Assembly: GCA_010093745.1 (NCBI GenBank)
Contig: MU005958.1
Coordinates: forward strand, 310,001-374,000
Length of the DNA: 64,000 nt
Reading direction: 5' to 3'
Source: Piedraia hortae CBS 480.64
Lineage: Eukaryota
Position 1 is the first letter of the stretch; each line of letters starts with the position of its first letter. Shown piece by piece: positions 23,860 through 36,282 of this stretch. Position numbers and translations under genes: made by a program. The notes under the pieces are model-generated. The model was given only the letters and a program-made list of their open reading frames with translations, was not told where the DNA came from and made no database searches.

Positions 23860-25110
23860 TCAATCCTGCTTCACATTGCTCAATTTGCTGTCTTGTTCAG
23901 AGACTGGCATTGTTACATGGAGACTGGGCAGCAGGCTTCTTGCGCTCTGTCTCGCGCCTTGGATGAGAACGGCATCCATTATTACCAAGGCAGCCATGGC
24001 TTCTACGATTGGAACAGCACGGGGAACAACACAGGGATCGTGACGGCCCTTTGCCTCCAGCACGCCACTAACCTCGTCGTAGCCCGTCGTCTGCTGTGCC
24101 TGGCCGATGGTGGCCGGAGACTTGAAGGCCACGTCAAAGTAGATGTGGGCGCCGTTGCTGATGCCGCCCTGGATGCCACCGGAATTGTTCGTCTTGGTCG
24201 TCAGACGCGGCCTCGGGAATTTGCTCCCTGGCGGAGGCGTCGACGCTCTGATGAACGGGTCGTTGTGGACGGATCCACGCAACTCGCACCCACCGAAGCC
24301 AGAGCCGATTTCAAACCCCTTAGTGGCCGGAATAGACATCATGGCATGCGCGAGCTTTGCTTCCAGCTTGTCAAAGCATGGCTCGCCGAGCCCACTGGGG
24401 CAGTTTCGCACCACACACGTTACTACGCCGCCAATGCTATCCTGATGGTCCCTGTAGTGGGCAATCAAATCTTCCATGCGCTTCTGCGCCTGCTTATCGG
24501 GGCATCGAACTGGCAGGAAGCTGTCGACATGCTCCCGCGTCACGCTGTCAACCAGCTTGAGGAATTCTGGGTTCTGGGACTTGGTTGGATGCTCCTTGGT
24601 CTCGGGAAACAGGTGTTCGTGCCCTACCGAAGCCGTAAAGGCGACGATTTCCACCCCGTGTGCAACTCTCAGGTATTTCTCCGCAATTCCGCCTGCTGCC
24701 ACTCTTGCAATTGTCTCCCGTGCACTGCTCCGCCCCCCGCCGCTACTGGCCTTGACTCCATATTTCTCCAGATACGTCCAGTCGGCGTGGCTGGGGCGCG
24801 GGAAGTTGTTGATGTTGCGGCCGCCGCCTCCGTAGTCGCGCGGTCGTTGGTCCTCGTTCAACACCCGCAACCCGATCGGAGTGCCCAAGGTTACCCCGAG
24901 CTCTGTCCCCGATTGTATCTCTACACGATCCTTTTCATCCCGGGGCGTCGTCAGAGCTGACTGACCCGGTCTCCTCCGCGTCAATTGTGGCTGAATGTCG
25001 CTTTCGTTGAGCTCCAGTCCGGGCGGGCAGCCGTCCACTATGGCCCCAACCGATTTGCCGTGTGATTCGCCATACGTGGTAAGCCGGAACACTTGGCCAA
25101 AGGTTGACAT
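23860..25110 (-). CDS. ARO2: Chorismate synthase
   Basis: [35 protein letters not shown] signatures; intronless. Confidence 0.98.
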   Translation of the reverse strand: MSTFGQVFRLTTYGESHGKSVGAIVDGCPPGLELNESDIQPQLTRRRPGQSALTTPRDEKDRVEIQSGTELGVTLGTPIGLRVLNEDQRPRDYGGGGRNINNFPRPSHADWTYLEKYGVKASSGGGRSSARETIARVAAGGIAEKYLRVAHGVEIVAFTASVGHEHLFPETKEHPTKSQNPEFLKLVDSVTREHVDSFLPVRCPDKQAQKRMEDLIAHYRDHQDSIGGVVTCVVRNCPSGLGEPCFDKLEAKLAHAMMSIPATKGFEIGSGFGGCELRGSVHNDPFIRASTPPPGSKFPRPRLTTKTNNSGGIQGGISNGAHIYFDVAFKSPATIGQAQQTTGYDEVSGVLEAKGRHDPCVVPRAVPIVEAMAALVIMDAVLIQGARQSARSLLPSLHVTMPVSEQDSKLSNVKQD

Positions 25111-25358
25111 TGTGTTTCGACTGAATATGTATATCCCCTATGTGGAAGATGGCATATACATGTATTCATCCCCTACATGGCAGCTGCACCGCTGAGGTCT
25201 TGGCGGGCCACACAACATTTTTTTCATCTCACGAACAGCTGCATATGTTGATTCACGGGAAAGCTCATCAAATCAATCCTCAAACTACTGGGTATCATGT
25301 TGAAAATGCCCCTTGGCGATGCAGCGGTTGAGTGCTGCGACAACGCCCCCTCTAAGAT

Positions 25359-27662
25359 CTACTGTTTGCTATACTTGCCGCGGAAGAACTTGGCAGCATT
25401 GACCATGTTCGAAAGCGACTCCTTGGTTTCCTTCCACTGACGCGTCTTCAGGCCACAGTCCGGGTTAATCCACAGCTGATCAGGCTTCAGGTATTTGAGC
25501 ATTTCCTCAATGCGCTGCTTGATTTCCTCTTCCGACGGCACACGTGGGCTGTGGATGTCGTACACACCCGGGCCAATGTGACGAGGGTAGGCCTCATCGA
25601 TAAACACCTTGAGCAACTTGGCATCCGACTTGGAGTTTTCAATCGACAAGACGTCAGCATCAAGGGCGGCAATGGCATGGAAAAAGTCTTGGAATTCCGA
25701 ATAGCAGAAGTGCGAGTGGATCTGAGTGGAATCGCGCACCCCTGCAGTGGACAACTTGAAGCTGTTCACGGCCCATGACAGGTACTTTTCACGCTCAGTG
25801 CCCGCACGTAGCGGCAATCCCTCGCGCAAGGCTGGCTCATCCACTTGAATCACGTAAACTCCGGCCGCTTCGAGGTCAATGACCTCATCACGGAGAGCCA
25901 ACGCCAGCTGCTGCGCCTGCACCGACTGGTGGACGTCATCACGCGGAAAGGACCAGCGGAGGCAGGTAATGGGGCCAGTCAGCATGCCCTTCATCGGCTT
26001 CTTGCTTACGCTGACTGCATATTTGCTCTCCTTGACCGTCATCGGCGCCGGACGCGAGATATCGCCGACCACAATTGGCGGCCGCACACAGCGGGAGCCG
26101 TACGACTGCACCCACGCATGCGTAGTAAACACATAGCCGTCGAGGCGCTCTCCAAAGTATTGCACCATGTCGTTGCGCTCCGGCTCCCCATGCACAAACA
26201 CATCCAGATCCAGCTCCTCCTGGATGGCAACCACATCCCGAATCTCCTTCTCAATGAACTTTTCGTACTCCTCAGCAGACAACTCCCCCTTGGTAAACTT
26301 GTTACGTTGGATGCGAATGTTCTGTGTCTGCGGGAAGGATCCGATAGTGGTGGTAGGAAACATGGGAAGCTTGAGATGCTGCTTCTGCTCCTCGTATCGC
26401 TTGGCAAACGGCGCCTTGCGCTCGTGCATCTCGCGCGTTACAGCTTCCTGGCGCTTCTTGACTTCCGGGTTGTTTGTGCGCTTGGACGTGGCGCGTGACT
26501 TCATGCTGGCCGCGTTGGCCTCGAGCTTTTCGCGTACCGAAGCCGGGCCTTCGGTCACCGCCTTTGCAATGACTGCCACCTCGGTTGCCTTCTCAACCGC
26601 GAATGCAAACCAGTCCCGCACTTCACTGTCAAGCTTCTTCTCGCTTTCAAGCGTGTGAGGGGTATGCAGCAGAGACGAAGACGTGGCAATGATAACGCGA
26701 TCCTTGCCGAGCTTTTGCAATGCCTTCTCGGCGAGCTCGATGCTCTTCTGGAAATTGTTTTTCCAGATGTTACGACCATCCACGAGACCAGCTGATAACA
26801 CTTGCTTCTGCCCAAGATGTTCAAGCACCTTGTCCAGCTGCTCGGGCGCGCGGACCAAGTCGACGTGCAAGCCGTGCACGCCACCAAGGGCGGCATCGAC
26901 AACGTCGAGATTGTGGACAACGTCGCCAAAGTACGTGGCTACAACCAGCTGAGGACCGGCCTTCACGAGCTTCTCGTAAGCGGGCTTGAAAGCATCCTTG
27001 GTCTTGGACGGCAGATCGAAAACGAGGACTGGCTCGTCGATCTGAACCGTCTCTGCACCGGCCTTGGCGAGAGCCTGCAAGAGCTGTTCGTAAACAGGCA
27101 GCAACTTTGGAAGCAAAGTGATGGGGTCGACACTCTGACCACGGTCGGCCTTGCCGAGATGAAGGAACGATACGGGGCCAAGTAAAACAGGACGGGTAAC
27201 GATGCCGGCCTCCTTGGCTTCAAGGAAGTGTCTCACAGGTTTGGGATCATCCGCCAACTTGAATGTCTGGTTGTCGTGGAACGTCGGCTTCACATAGTGG
27301 TAGTTGGAATCAAACCACTTGACCATCTCCAGCGCCGGCACGTCGACATTGTCCTTTTGATGGCCACGGCCCATGGCAAAGTATTCATCAAGCGTCGACA
27401 GCTTCTGCTTGCTGTAGCGGTCAGGAATGGCCTGAAACATCTGGATGTGGTCCAGTACGTGGTCGTAGTAGGCAAAATCATTCGATGGAATGATGTCTAC
27501 GCCGGCATCCTTCTGGATCTTCCAATGCTCCAAACGGAGCCTCTTTCCCTCAGCAAGAAGTTCGTCCTTGGACAGTTTCCCGCCCCAGTAAGCCTCTGTT
27601 GCCTTCTTCAGATCACGCAGCTTTCCCATGCGGGGAAAGCCCAAAACCGATGATTTTACCAT
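25359..27662 (-). CDS. MET6: Cobalamin-independent methionine synthase
   Basis: MVKSSVLGFPRMG, KWFDSNYHY, HGEPERNDMV, WVQSYGSRCVRPP, HFCYSE, WINPDCGLKTR; intronless. Confidence 0.98.
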   Translation of the reverse strand: MVKSSVLGFPRMGKLRDLKKATEAYWGGKLSKDELLAEGKRLRLEHWKIQKDAGVDIIPSNDFAYYDHVLDHIQMFQAIPDRYSKQKLSTLDEYFAMGRGHQKDNVDVPALEMVKWFDSNYHYVKPTFHDNQTFKLADDPKPVRHFLEAKEAGIVTRPVLLGPVSFLHLGKADRGQSVDPITLLPKLLPVYEQLLQALAKAGAETVQIDEPVLVFDLPSKTKDAFKPAYEKLVKAGPQLVVATYFGDVVHNLDVVDAALGGVHGLHVDLVRAPEQLDKVLEHLGQKQVLSAGLVDGRNIWKNNFQKSIELAEKALQKLGKDRVIIATSSSLLHTPHTLESEKKLDSEVRDWFAFAVEKATEVAVIAKAVTEGPASVREKLEANAASMKSRATSKRTNNPEVKKRQEAVTREMHERKAPFAKRYEEQKQHLKLPMFPTTTIGSFPQTQNIRIQRNKFTKGELSAEEYEKFIEKEIRDVVAIQEELDLDVFVHGEPERNDMVQYFGERLDGYVFTTHAWVQSYGSRCVRPPIVVGDISRPAPMTVKESKYAVSVSKKPMKGMLTGPITCLRWSFPRDDVHQSVQAQQLALALRDEVIDLEAAGVYVIQVDEPALREGLPLRAGTEREKYLSWAVNSFKLSTAGVRDSTQIHSHFCYSEFQDFFHAIAALDADVLSIENSKSDAKLLKVFIDEAYPRHIGPGVYDIHSPRVPSEEEIKQRIEEMLKYLKPDQLWINPDCGLKTRQWKETKESLSNMVNAAKFFRGKYSKQ

Positions 27663-27969
27663 GTTGAGGGAATGTAGGAAGATGATTGTGGTCAACGAAA
27701 GCTTTTAGAAAAAAAATTCGGTGTGGGGTCGCGGGGCTGTCCCCGCACCTTGCAGCTTGTGGGTGGAACGGGAAACACCCGGTAGCCGTAATGCGGTAAA
27801 CCATTACGTTTTTTACAACCCTGGACAGCCATCGTGGAGGATCGGGCAATCAAACGGTTCCAAACCAGCCTGATGCAACAACCCGGAGAACATTGGCCTA
27901 TTTGAGGTCCGTGGTAATGCGAGGACTTCTGATAGAGCGTGGACCGTAGCGGTTTGCTGATGTTGTCTC

Positions 27970-27977
27970 ATGAGTCA
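27970..27977. promoter_or_regulatory. Candidate Gcn4/CpcA (AP-1-type) site upstream of MET6
   Basis: ATGAGTCA (reverse complement TGACTCAT) about 310 bp upstream of the MET6 ATG. Confidence 0.45.
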
Positions 27978-28387
27978 AGCGATCGACAAATCAATTAAGG
28001 GGTCTTGGGTATCTGTAGAGTTAATTGCTGCGAATTGCTCAAGGTGTTGTTGAATGGAGCATTAGAATGGTCGAGAATAGACAGATGGCACTCAACAAAT
28101 GTCGTGCTGTGTACCAATTTAGATCCAGCCTCGCCACCCGCCACCATCAGAGATCGCCACTGGATGCCTTTTGGAAGGTGGGTGCGAACAACCGTCCGAG
28201 TGGCGATGGAGAATGTGTCCGAGCTCGCATTAATTAGTTTGACACTGCATTGGGCGGCTTCCGGGGGCTTTATCTTCACAGTCCCTGCCTGCTTCTACCA
28301 TCTCACATCGTCTCCTCTTCTCCCACGCCTATCTACACCCCATCAATACACACCTCTAATCCTCCATCCACAACTATTCCCAGCACC

Positions 28388-29091
28388 ATGCGCTCCTTCT
28401 TGTTTGCCCTCACCTTCGGCCTCGCCGCCGCTCAATCCGCCTCTACCTCCGCTGCTGCTGCTGCTGCCTCTGGCACATCTGGATGCGGCAAGCAGATTGA
28501 TGCGTGAGTCTTCTTGCACCACATGGTCATGTACGCTTACTAACGGCTATAGCATCATTACTTCCTGCCTTGGATCCATGAACGCCCAGCTCCAATCCTG
28601 CAACCAGCAAGATTGGGATTGTCTCTGTGAACAGTCCAACAATGTCAAGACTTGCTACAACAACTGTCCCACGGACCCCAGGGCCTATGCTATTGGACAG
28701 CAAACTGAGAGCTACTGCAACGCTGCCAAGCAGTGAGTATACATTGACACATGCATTTGCTTCAGGTGACTGACAAACTAGATATGGTACTACGTCTAAG
28801 AGCAAGACCGCTACGGCCACTAGCACTGCCTCTTCTCAGGCCTCTTCCAACTCGGCCTCTGCTACTTCCAGCGGCTCTTCTGCTGCCACCTCATCTGTAT
28901 GTGCTTCCCTAACACCTCATCCCCATCAACTCTAACCTGTACAGTCGTCCAATGGCGCCTCTGCCACCGAGTCTTCCGGCGCGTCCTCCAGCAGTTCCAG
29001 CGATTCCAGCAAATCTAACAGCGCCTCTGGTGTTGTCGTTGCTCCTGTCGGTGCACTTGCAGCCATCATTGGCCTTGTCGCCCTTTTCTGA
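28388..29091 (+). CDS. Secreted, probably GPI-anchored Ser/Thr-rich protein with a small Cys-rich N-terminal domain
   Basis: Signal peptide MRSFLFALTFGLAAAQ; introns 28504-28552, 28733-28781, 28897-28944; Cys-rich block (C...WDCLC...CYNNCP...YC); hydrophobic C-terminus NSASGVVVAPVGALAAIIGLVALF. Confidence 0.88.
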
Positions 29092-29456
29092 ACCGTATAA
29101 AGACTTCGTGGCGTAATGTGAGCTTTACAAGAGATCGTAATAAATGTAGCGTTTCAGCGATTTTTCTGCTTGATGATAAATAGACCTCTGTCGATCTTTC
29201 TATTTTCGTCTCAAGGGCTTGATCTTGATGCAGGGAATGCATGACAGGTCTTGGCGCATACGCAGTTCCAACGTACAAGCTACATTAGTGTAGTACGTCC
29301 TTGGTATGCAGGTCTACCATGCGACAATTAATTTTTTGGAAGAGTAGTGAATATGTAAAAGTCGATCAGTATATGATATTCGGAAGATGAGCCTGTATTT
29401 CTCTTCGTCATAATATTTCGACTTGGGGAACAAGTCACTTACCGGGAGCGAGTTTT

Positions 29457-30370
29457 TCATTCGATGCTATCAAAGCTCGGTCGCGGCCAGCTCTCTTGGG
29501 GCATTCTGTTCCCGGAAGCCAAGCTCTTCCTGACCTCATGTCTCAACCTTGAACCAATAACAACCAGGTCCACTGTCGCCGGCCTCTTCTTTGGACTTCC
29601 GCTCAACATGCGAACAATCAGGTCGGGATAGCTCACTGGCAACTTTCAAGGAGCCAGTCGATGCCGCACCACTTTCTCATCGTAATCCTCCACCGTGTTA
29701 TCGAAAAACGGGTATTATGTCATCATGGTGGAGTAGACCACGGCGCCGGTGCTATACACATCCCTGCGAGCGAGGTGTTTGGCTGTCCTCACTGAACTCC
29801 GTCGACTGTGGAATTCTGGCGGCACGTACCCGTCTGGTCCGCTGAAGAAAGCCTAGAGGCGGCTCTTACCAAAACCTCTGAGAACGATGCGTAGCAATGG
29901 GTCCAAGGCTTTGTCTCAGTGCATTAATATGTTAGCTAGTTGTATGTTCCCGTGGATCAAGCAGTCATGACCAGTCACTTTGTCGTTGGGGGTATCAATG
30001 TCTTTGATGCCCAGGTGGAGGAACCCTAAGACCGAGGCCATGGAGGACATTATATGATCAACAGAGCTTGGACATTCTCGCTCCCCGTGGATGCCCCTGC
30101 CAGTGCTGGATGAGGTTCTGGAGGTTGTCTTCGCCCAGGTGATACTATGGCACTTTATGCCAGTTTTCATTGTCATATTCGTGAATGAACATCTGCATCA
30201 GGTTGCCGTTTTTACGCAACTGATCCCTCAGCAAGTTGATCTCGGCCGGAATGTTCGTCAGGCCATCCCCACGGCCGATCAGTTGCTTCACAACCACCAG
30301 TCTCCCACCGGCTTGGCCAGCTCCAGAGTGGCCAGGGTGACTGCTTCGTTGGTAATCAACCAAATTTGAT
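29457..30370 (-). pseudogene. Degenerate Ser/Thr protein kinase
   Basis: Manual translation gives ordered kinase motifs LVVVKQL, AEINLL, IHGNIQLANIL, LRGFG, GPDGYVPPE, DVYSTG, RMLS..PKKRP, broken by five in-frame stops and a frameshift. Confidence 0.85.
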
Positions 30371-31601
30371 GGTATTCTATGCTGCGCTGTTTCGAATGAA
30401 ATAAGACGGGATTTATCGGAACTTCCAAAGAGTCACCTCATTGATGAATGGGCCAATATCCTTCCAGTTTTGGACCGTTGGAACAAACACCTCATGGTAA
30501 CAAAAAGGGATCACTCTCGCGGAAGTTTTTCGTCAGGCAACGTTTGCCAGCTTCGTGGAGCCGTATCTCACCTTCTTGTACGTGAATATGATCTGCTCCA
30601 AGGAAGCATGACTGTGATAATCTGGCTTGAGCAGACCGTTAGTGGAGCATCATGATCTATTGTTGTTCTTTGTTCTTGCGTCTAACAATAATTAGTAAGA
30701 GCGGTTCTTTGTCAAGGACAAGGAGACTGACCGTCTCGTGCTATGATATATAATTGTCGGATGCAATACTGCAAGAATAACAGTGCACGTGGAGATATTG
30801 GCGTTGGAATTGCACAGATTTCACTGAAGCCTTTGTATGATAGCGTATCGTTTTGACTACAAATTTTCCGATGCAACCTTTTTGCAAAACTGACAACCTG
30901 AAGATCAGCCAAATCCTTACTTGAACTATCTCACTCCACCGATCATACAGCAGCACAAGAAGTGAGTTTAGCTTGTTTTGAGGGAGCCATTCATACGTTC
31001 AACCAATCTTCAAAGCTTCCAAAAAAATACAAGACCATTTCAAAGTTAGCTCACAGCCATATTTTGTGTACAGTCACCCTGTTGAATGCCTAGGTCTATT
31101 CGAGACTGTCAATCAAATCGAGAGAGGGGCTTCTCTTTCGTTGATTTGTGCCTCCCGAGGACTCTTAGCTGGACCATGAGCGCGCATGTATTGGAAGCAT
31201 CACCACTAGTAATTGCGACCAAACAGCTTTAGTAAAAAGTATGTGCGACGTTCCACATACGTTGTGCTAGGTTTCCCACATCTGTCCTATCAGTATGCCC
31301 CCCGACAAGTCGGTCTCTAGGCCATACTGCGCATTGCTTGCGATGATAAGGTGTCCGTGAGCAGTGCAGTGCCAGGAGCATGTCGCCCGCGAGATAAATT
31401 ATACACCCTTTTGCTGACCAGCGCAGTGGTACAGTATTTGCCCCGTTTTTTGCCTTTCGATCTTTCAGACTCTTGCAGCCAATTAATGACAGCTACTTTT
31501 TTTTTGCTCAATCTTTCATCTTACAATTGGCTCTGTGGATGCTTTTAACGTTTTAAGAATTCGCTAACCCTCTCCCGCAGCGTAAATGGAACCCAGCAAC
31601 A

Positions 31602-32273
31602 TCAATACGGAGCAAACCCGCCCCGAGCTCGACCTCGATAGCCGCCGCGATAGCCCCCGCGCGGCGTGAAGGGCTGTGAGCCATAGCCGCCACGCGACCC
31701 ATAAGGAGAGAATCCGCCGCGTCCGCGAAAGGTGCCACGCCCACCCCGTCCGCCACGGGTCATGCCGGGCAAATTTGTTCGCTTGGGGGTAACCTTTCGC
31801 ATTTGTTAGGATTAGACTTGTATGAACATGGGGAAATCACATACCTTGATATTGCGTCCGCGGAAGGTGCTGTCGTTCAAGGCCATAGCTTGCGCGACCA
31901 GACCAGGTTCGCTAAACTCCACATAGGCATATCCTTTGGGATGGCCAGTAAACTTGTCCAGCAGGATCGTTACCCGGTTGATGCTGCCGCATGACTGAAA
32001 GTGTGCCTGAATCTCCTCGGGACTTGTGCCATAATCGACATTTCCGACAAAGATACTTCGGGCATCAATGTCTTCTTTGCTCTCACGTAGCTTGTCGGCT
32101 TGTGTATCTATCGAGGCCTGCATCTCGCGCAGCTTGGCTGCCTCGGCCTCCATCTCCTGCACACGCTTCTTCATTGCTGCAATTTCCGCTTCCTCATTGC
32201 CCTCATCTATTCCATCGTCTTGTCGCACCATGTCGAGTGAGGTATCTACCTCCCTTTCAATCGTTTGAGGCAT
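31602..32273 (-). CDS. PAB2: Nuclear poly(A)-binding protein 2 (PABPN1/Pab2), RRM plus RGG tail
   Basis: [22 protein letters not shown], intron 31844-31794, KRTNLPGM and GFAPY end; 5' end slightly uncertain. Confidence 0.93.
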
Positions 32274-32723
32274 CCTGTCGCGAGTGAATAGCAGGTCGGG
32301 TCAGTGTGCAAATCGTATAAAAAAGATGTTGTTGCAACAAGGTTAGCCCTAGTTCCAGATCTGGTTAGCGCTGAATCTTGATTTCAGTTAGTGCCAACAC
32401 AGACATTTACCGGGAAAACTGGTGGGCCGTCCATCATGAGCCTTGATACGATCAAATAGACATGTTGGTGCGAACCACATCCCATCCACATAGCTTTGTG
32501 TACATTAAGTCGCCAGCAAGGTCTTCCTACATCGAGAGACTCCCATACGCTCTCTATAATTTGCGCGTACACGGCTTGCGCAGACCCAGTATTCATGTCA
32601 CGTTCATCAAAGGGAAGCTATGAAGACAGTGAAACTGGTTTAGTTTATTACAGAGACATTTTACAAGTAGTAATCGAGCTGGGTGGGTAGAATGACTTTT
32701 TGCACCCCGTCTGTGCTACACAT

Positions 32724-33947
32724 CTAACCTTCGAACGTGAGTGAGGTACCGATCTTGTGGCCGGCCTAGTTGAAAAAATTAGCGCAAACATACCATTGAG
32801 GTCTAGACATACCTCGTTCAATTTCTGAGTATCAAGCGAAAGACCGAGACCGAGAGTGGTGCCGGGGTTGAGCTTAGTGCTATAGGCGAAAGCAGCAATG
32901 CCGCGATCGTTGATCTTAGCCTGTCGTATTTGTCAGTAATGCATTTGCCTACAGCCTGTATAGCTTGCCTTTGCAAAGCTCATCGAGTCCAGCTTGTACT
33001 TGGACGCAAGCTCAAGCCCACTCGCCTTGGAGGAGCGGACATCGTATCCAGCCTTTGCACCAACTTCGACTGCATTATTGACCTTCTGATAGAAAGAGGC
33101 CATTACCATGCTGAGGTTCTGAATTCCCTGAAGTGACGCCGTGTAAGTAGGCGTCGAGTAGGCGACGGCGAGACCGTAGCGGGTGACAGCTGCCTTCTGC
33201 ACGTCGTAGGCAGCTTCACCACCGACAAGGAAGCCTTCGTGGCCAGCAACAACATCGACAATGGCATCAATGTTGCCGCTGGACTGGGCGTAATTGAGGA
33301 AAGCTCGGGAATGGACGTTGGGGTTTTTGAAAGCCATAGTTAGCTTCTGCGCGGCACTGCTGGGTTTGCTGGGATTCCACAGGTTCTGCAGGTCGATCTT
33401 GGCACCAGGGGCCACAACATCGGCGAGCTCAACCTTGGTATCGAGCAGCGAGGCCGTGTTCCATGCCTGAGTGATGGTGACACCTAAAGCGTGGCGCAAA
33501 GTTAGAGCCACCGTTTCCGAGGACAAATAGCTTGGGAGTTGAAGCGATGCAGAGGCGGCATGGGAGATACACGACCAATGCAACGCCTTGAGGCAGTGGA
33601 CATACCCTGAGGCTTGAGAGTATGCTTTCCCTCGAGCTGTGGCGAGTCAGCGACAATCGGCGGCAGCGGAGGCAGCACTTACAGAGCCACTCGTAACACC
33701 ATCAAAGCCCTGCTTGCCCTTGACCGTAACATTGGTGCCGTTGGGCGCCTTGAGCTTAACGTCGAGCGTGGCTAGAATCGTGTCAGTTGGCAATGCTCAG
33801 CGGCAACATTGGGCTTACAGACCTTGGGCGGTGTGGTAAAAATCGCGCGTGATGAGCTGCACGGTCGCGTCAGTGTGGCCGTCACGCAAGAGGGTTACAT
33901 ACATCATTGGCGGCCTTGGCCACATCGCCGTAGGCCGGCACAGGCAT
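32724..33947 (-). CDS. POR1: Mitochondrial outer membrane porin (VDAC)
   Basis: Seven exons; MPVPAYGDVAKAAND|LITRDFYH...AKINDRG...GHKIGTSLTFEG; introns 33902-33857, 33822-33772, 33682-33637, 33605-33484, 32968-32921 (GC-AG), 32812-32766; in-frame upstream ATG at 34031. Confidence 0.95.
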
Positions 33948-34445
33948 GGCGAACGACTTGTTCACCTCCTTGACCAGTTTCTCCGTCGAGCCAAATGGCT
34001 TGGGAATATCGGAGCTGAATGGAGACGACATATTGAACCAGTTCTGCAGGCTTTGAGATGGGCGCTGTGTGTTCTTGTCAGGAGGTGCTGTCAAGGTGTG
34101 CGGAAGAGAACGGCGGAGGAAGAAAAAGGATCGGGGCGCTTGGGCCCCTTTGGGTAAAGCGCACCTTTGCAGCAGATGGCTCACCCTGAAGCCCGGCCTC
34201 TTCTTCGTGAAGCATTACTTCGGCCATTGTTGTGCAACTCTGCCCCTGCAGATTCCACGGGAAAGAATCTGTTGGCGCCGGCCTGTTGCATGTAAACTAA
34301 CACACGTGCACGCTCCACCAAACAAAAAGGAAAGCGCAGGGGAGCGCAGGGAGAGGGTAGACAACGCGCTAGGGACTTTGCAGCTAGATACTTGGTGGTA
34401 GAAGTGCCGTCTGTCAGTACTGCTGACACTTTACGTGAAGCTAAA

Positions 34446-36282
34446 CTACTCCCCGGGCTTGTATGCCTGTTCATGGGTTGATATCGCTCTCCCAGATGGA
34501 TCCGTCTGCTTGCTCCATGTGGGTGTCCATCGCATGACCGTGCTGGCGCAGTAGGGCGGGAAGTGCTCGTCAAACATGCACCGGTACCAGTAGGCCTCCT
34601 TGGAATCGGGTATGTCGTCGCCCCAATGCGGCTTGTCTTTGCGCACGTTTGCCTCCTTCATCTGTTCATCCGTGACCATCTTCTTGGCCTCGTCTTTGAG
34701 TGCATCGATCCATCCGTAGCCCACGCCGTCAGAAAATTGCTCCTTCTGGCGCCAGAGTATGTTTTTGGGAAGATAGGCCTTCTCGCCGGGAGGCAGGTTG
34801 GCTGGGTCAAAAGCAGCCCGCATGATGTACTTCTCTATCCTGTCTTTTGTGATCATCTTCTCTGCGGGGTCAATGTTCATAGCCACATCCAGGAACTCCT
34901 TGTCCAGAAAGGGCACGCGGGCCTCAACACCCCAAGCACAGGTTGACTTGTTGGCTCGAAGACAGTCTGCAAGATGCAGGTTCTTGACCCTACGCACCGT
35001 CTCCTCGTGGAACGCCTTCTTGTCCGGGGCGGCATGGAAGTACAGATATCCACCAAATATCTCGTCGGATCCCTCGCCAGAGAGTACCATTTTGATACCC
35101 ATGGCTTTGATTTTCCTCGAGAGCAAGAACATGGGTGTGCTGGCACGTATTGTCGTGACATCGTAACTTTCCAGATGGTAGATGACATCAAATAGCGCAT
35201 CGAGTCCATCTTGAATGGTAAATGTAAAAGAATAATGTTTCGTCCCAAGAAACTTGGCCACTTCTTGTGCTGCCTTTGCATCAGGGGAGCCTGGAAGCCC
35301 AATCGAAAAGCTGTGGAGTTGTGCGAGAACAGGCGCTTCTGAGAGTTGGTAGTCTTCATCGATACCTGCCAGATTATCATCCTCCCAAGTCTCTTCTGCT
35401 CTGCCGTTGGCTTGTGGGCTCGATGTCCCAGACCTCGATAGCGCCTGCTGCTTGGCTTGTTCTCGTTGCAGCCGCAGGGTTTCTCTCTGTGCAACTGACG
35501 CTACCAGAGAACTGTCTAATCCACCAGAAAGAAGAACTCCAAATGGTACTTCGGCCATCATCCTCTTCCTTACAGATCGTTCGAATGTCTCCCGCAGCTG
35601 TGTCAAATCCAAGGGGTTCGATGGGACCTTACTCGGTTCTATCAACCATTTGGGCGCATAGTACCTGGTTAGCTTGTCCGTTTTGCTGTCATAAACATGT
35701 CCTGGAGGGAACGTTTCGATCTGATCGCAGACGGGAAATAAGGATTTAAGCTCACTGGCAAAGTACACAGCCCCTGGTGTACTTGAATCCCTTCCGATAT
35801 AAAAGGTCGTGATACCGATTGGATCTCTGGCTGCAATAGTTCTGTCGAGGTTCTTGTCATGAAGTACCCAGCTGAACATGCCATCCAAGTACTTTGGAGC
35901 ATCAATACCATGTTCTTGATACAAGGGAATGATGACTTCACAATCACTGTGAGTCTTGAACAGATACTGCTTGTGCAGTTTATGGCGAAGGATTTTGTGG
36001 TTGTAGATCTCTCCGTTGACTGCCAGAGCCAGCGAGCCATCATCGCTCACTATGGGCTGAGCCCCGGTGTCTATTCCCACAATGGAGAGGCGCTCATGTA
36101 CCAGAATTGTACTGTTGGCAATGTGGTTGCCACTCCAATCCGGACCACGATGCTTGACCTGCTTACCCATGCGGATAGCTGTAGGTCGGAACTTTTGCAC
36201 ATCGGGGTGGCTGTTGCAACGTGAGCGTTGACTTCCAAGACACCTGGGAAACTCACCAGTGACATGCAAATATTCCGCACAT
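34446..36282 (-). CDS. ASN1: Glutamine-dependent asparagine synthetase
   Basis: MCGIFAC first exon (36282-36257), intron 36256-36211, [41 protein letters not shown]. Confidence 0.97.

Noticed and set aside
23893..24960. Long antisense ORFs over ARO2, and similar ones over MET6 and RSP5
   Set aside because: Expected shadows of GC3-rich codon usage; no recognisable motifs
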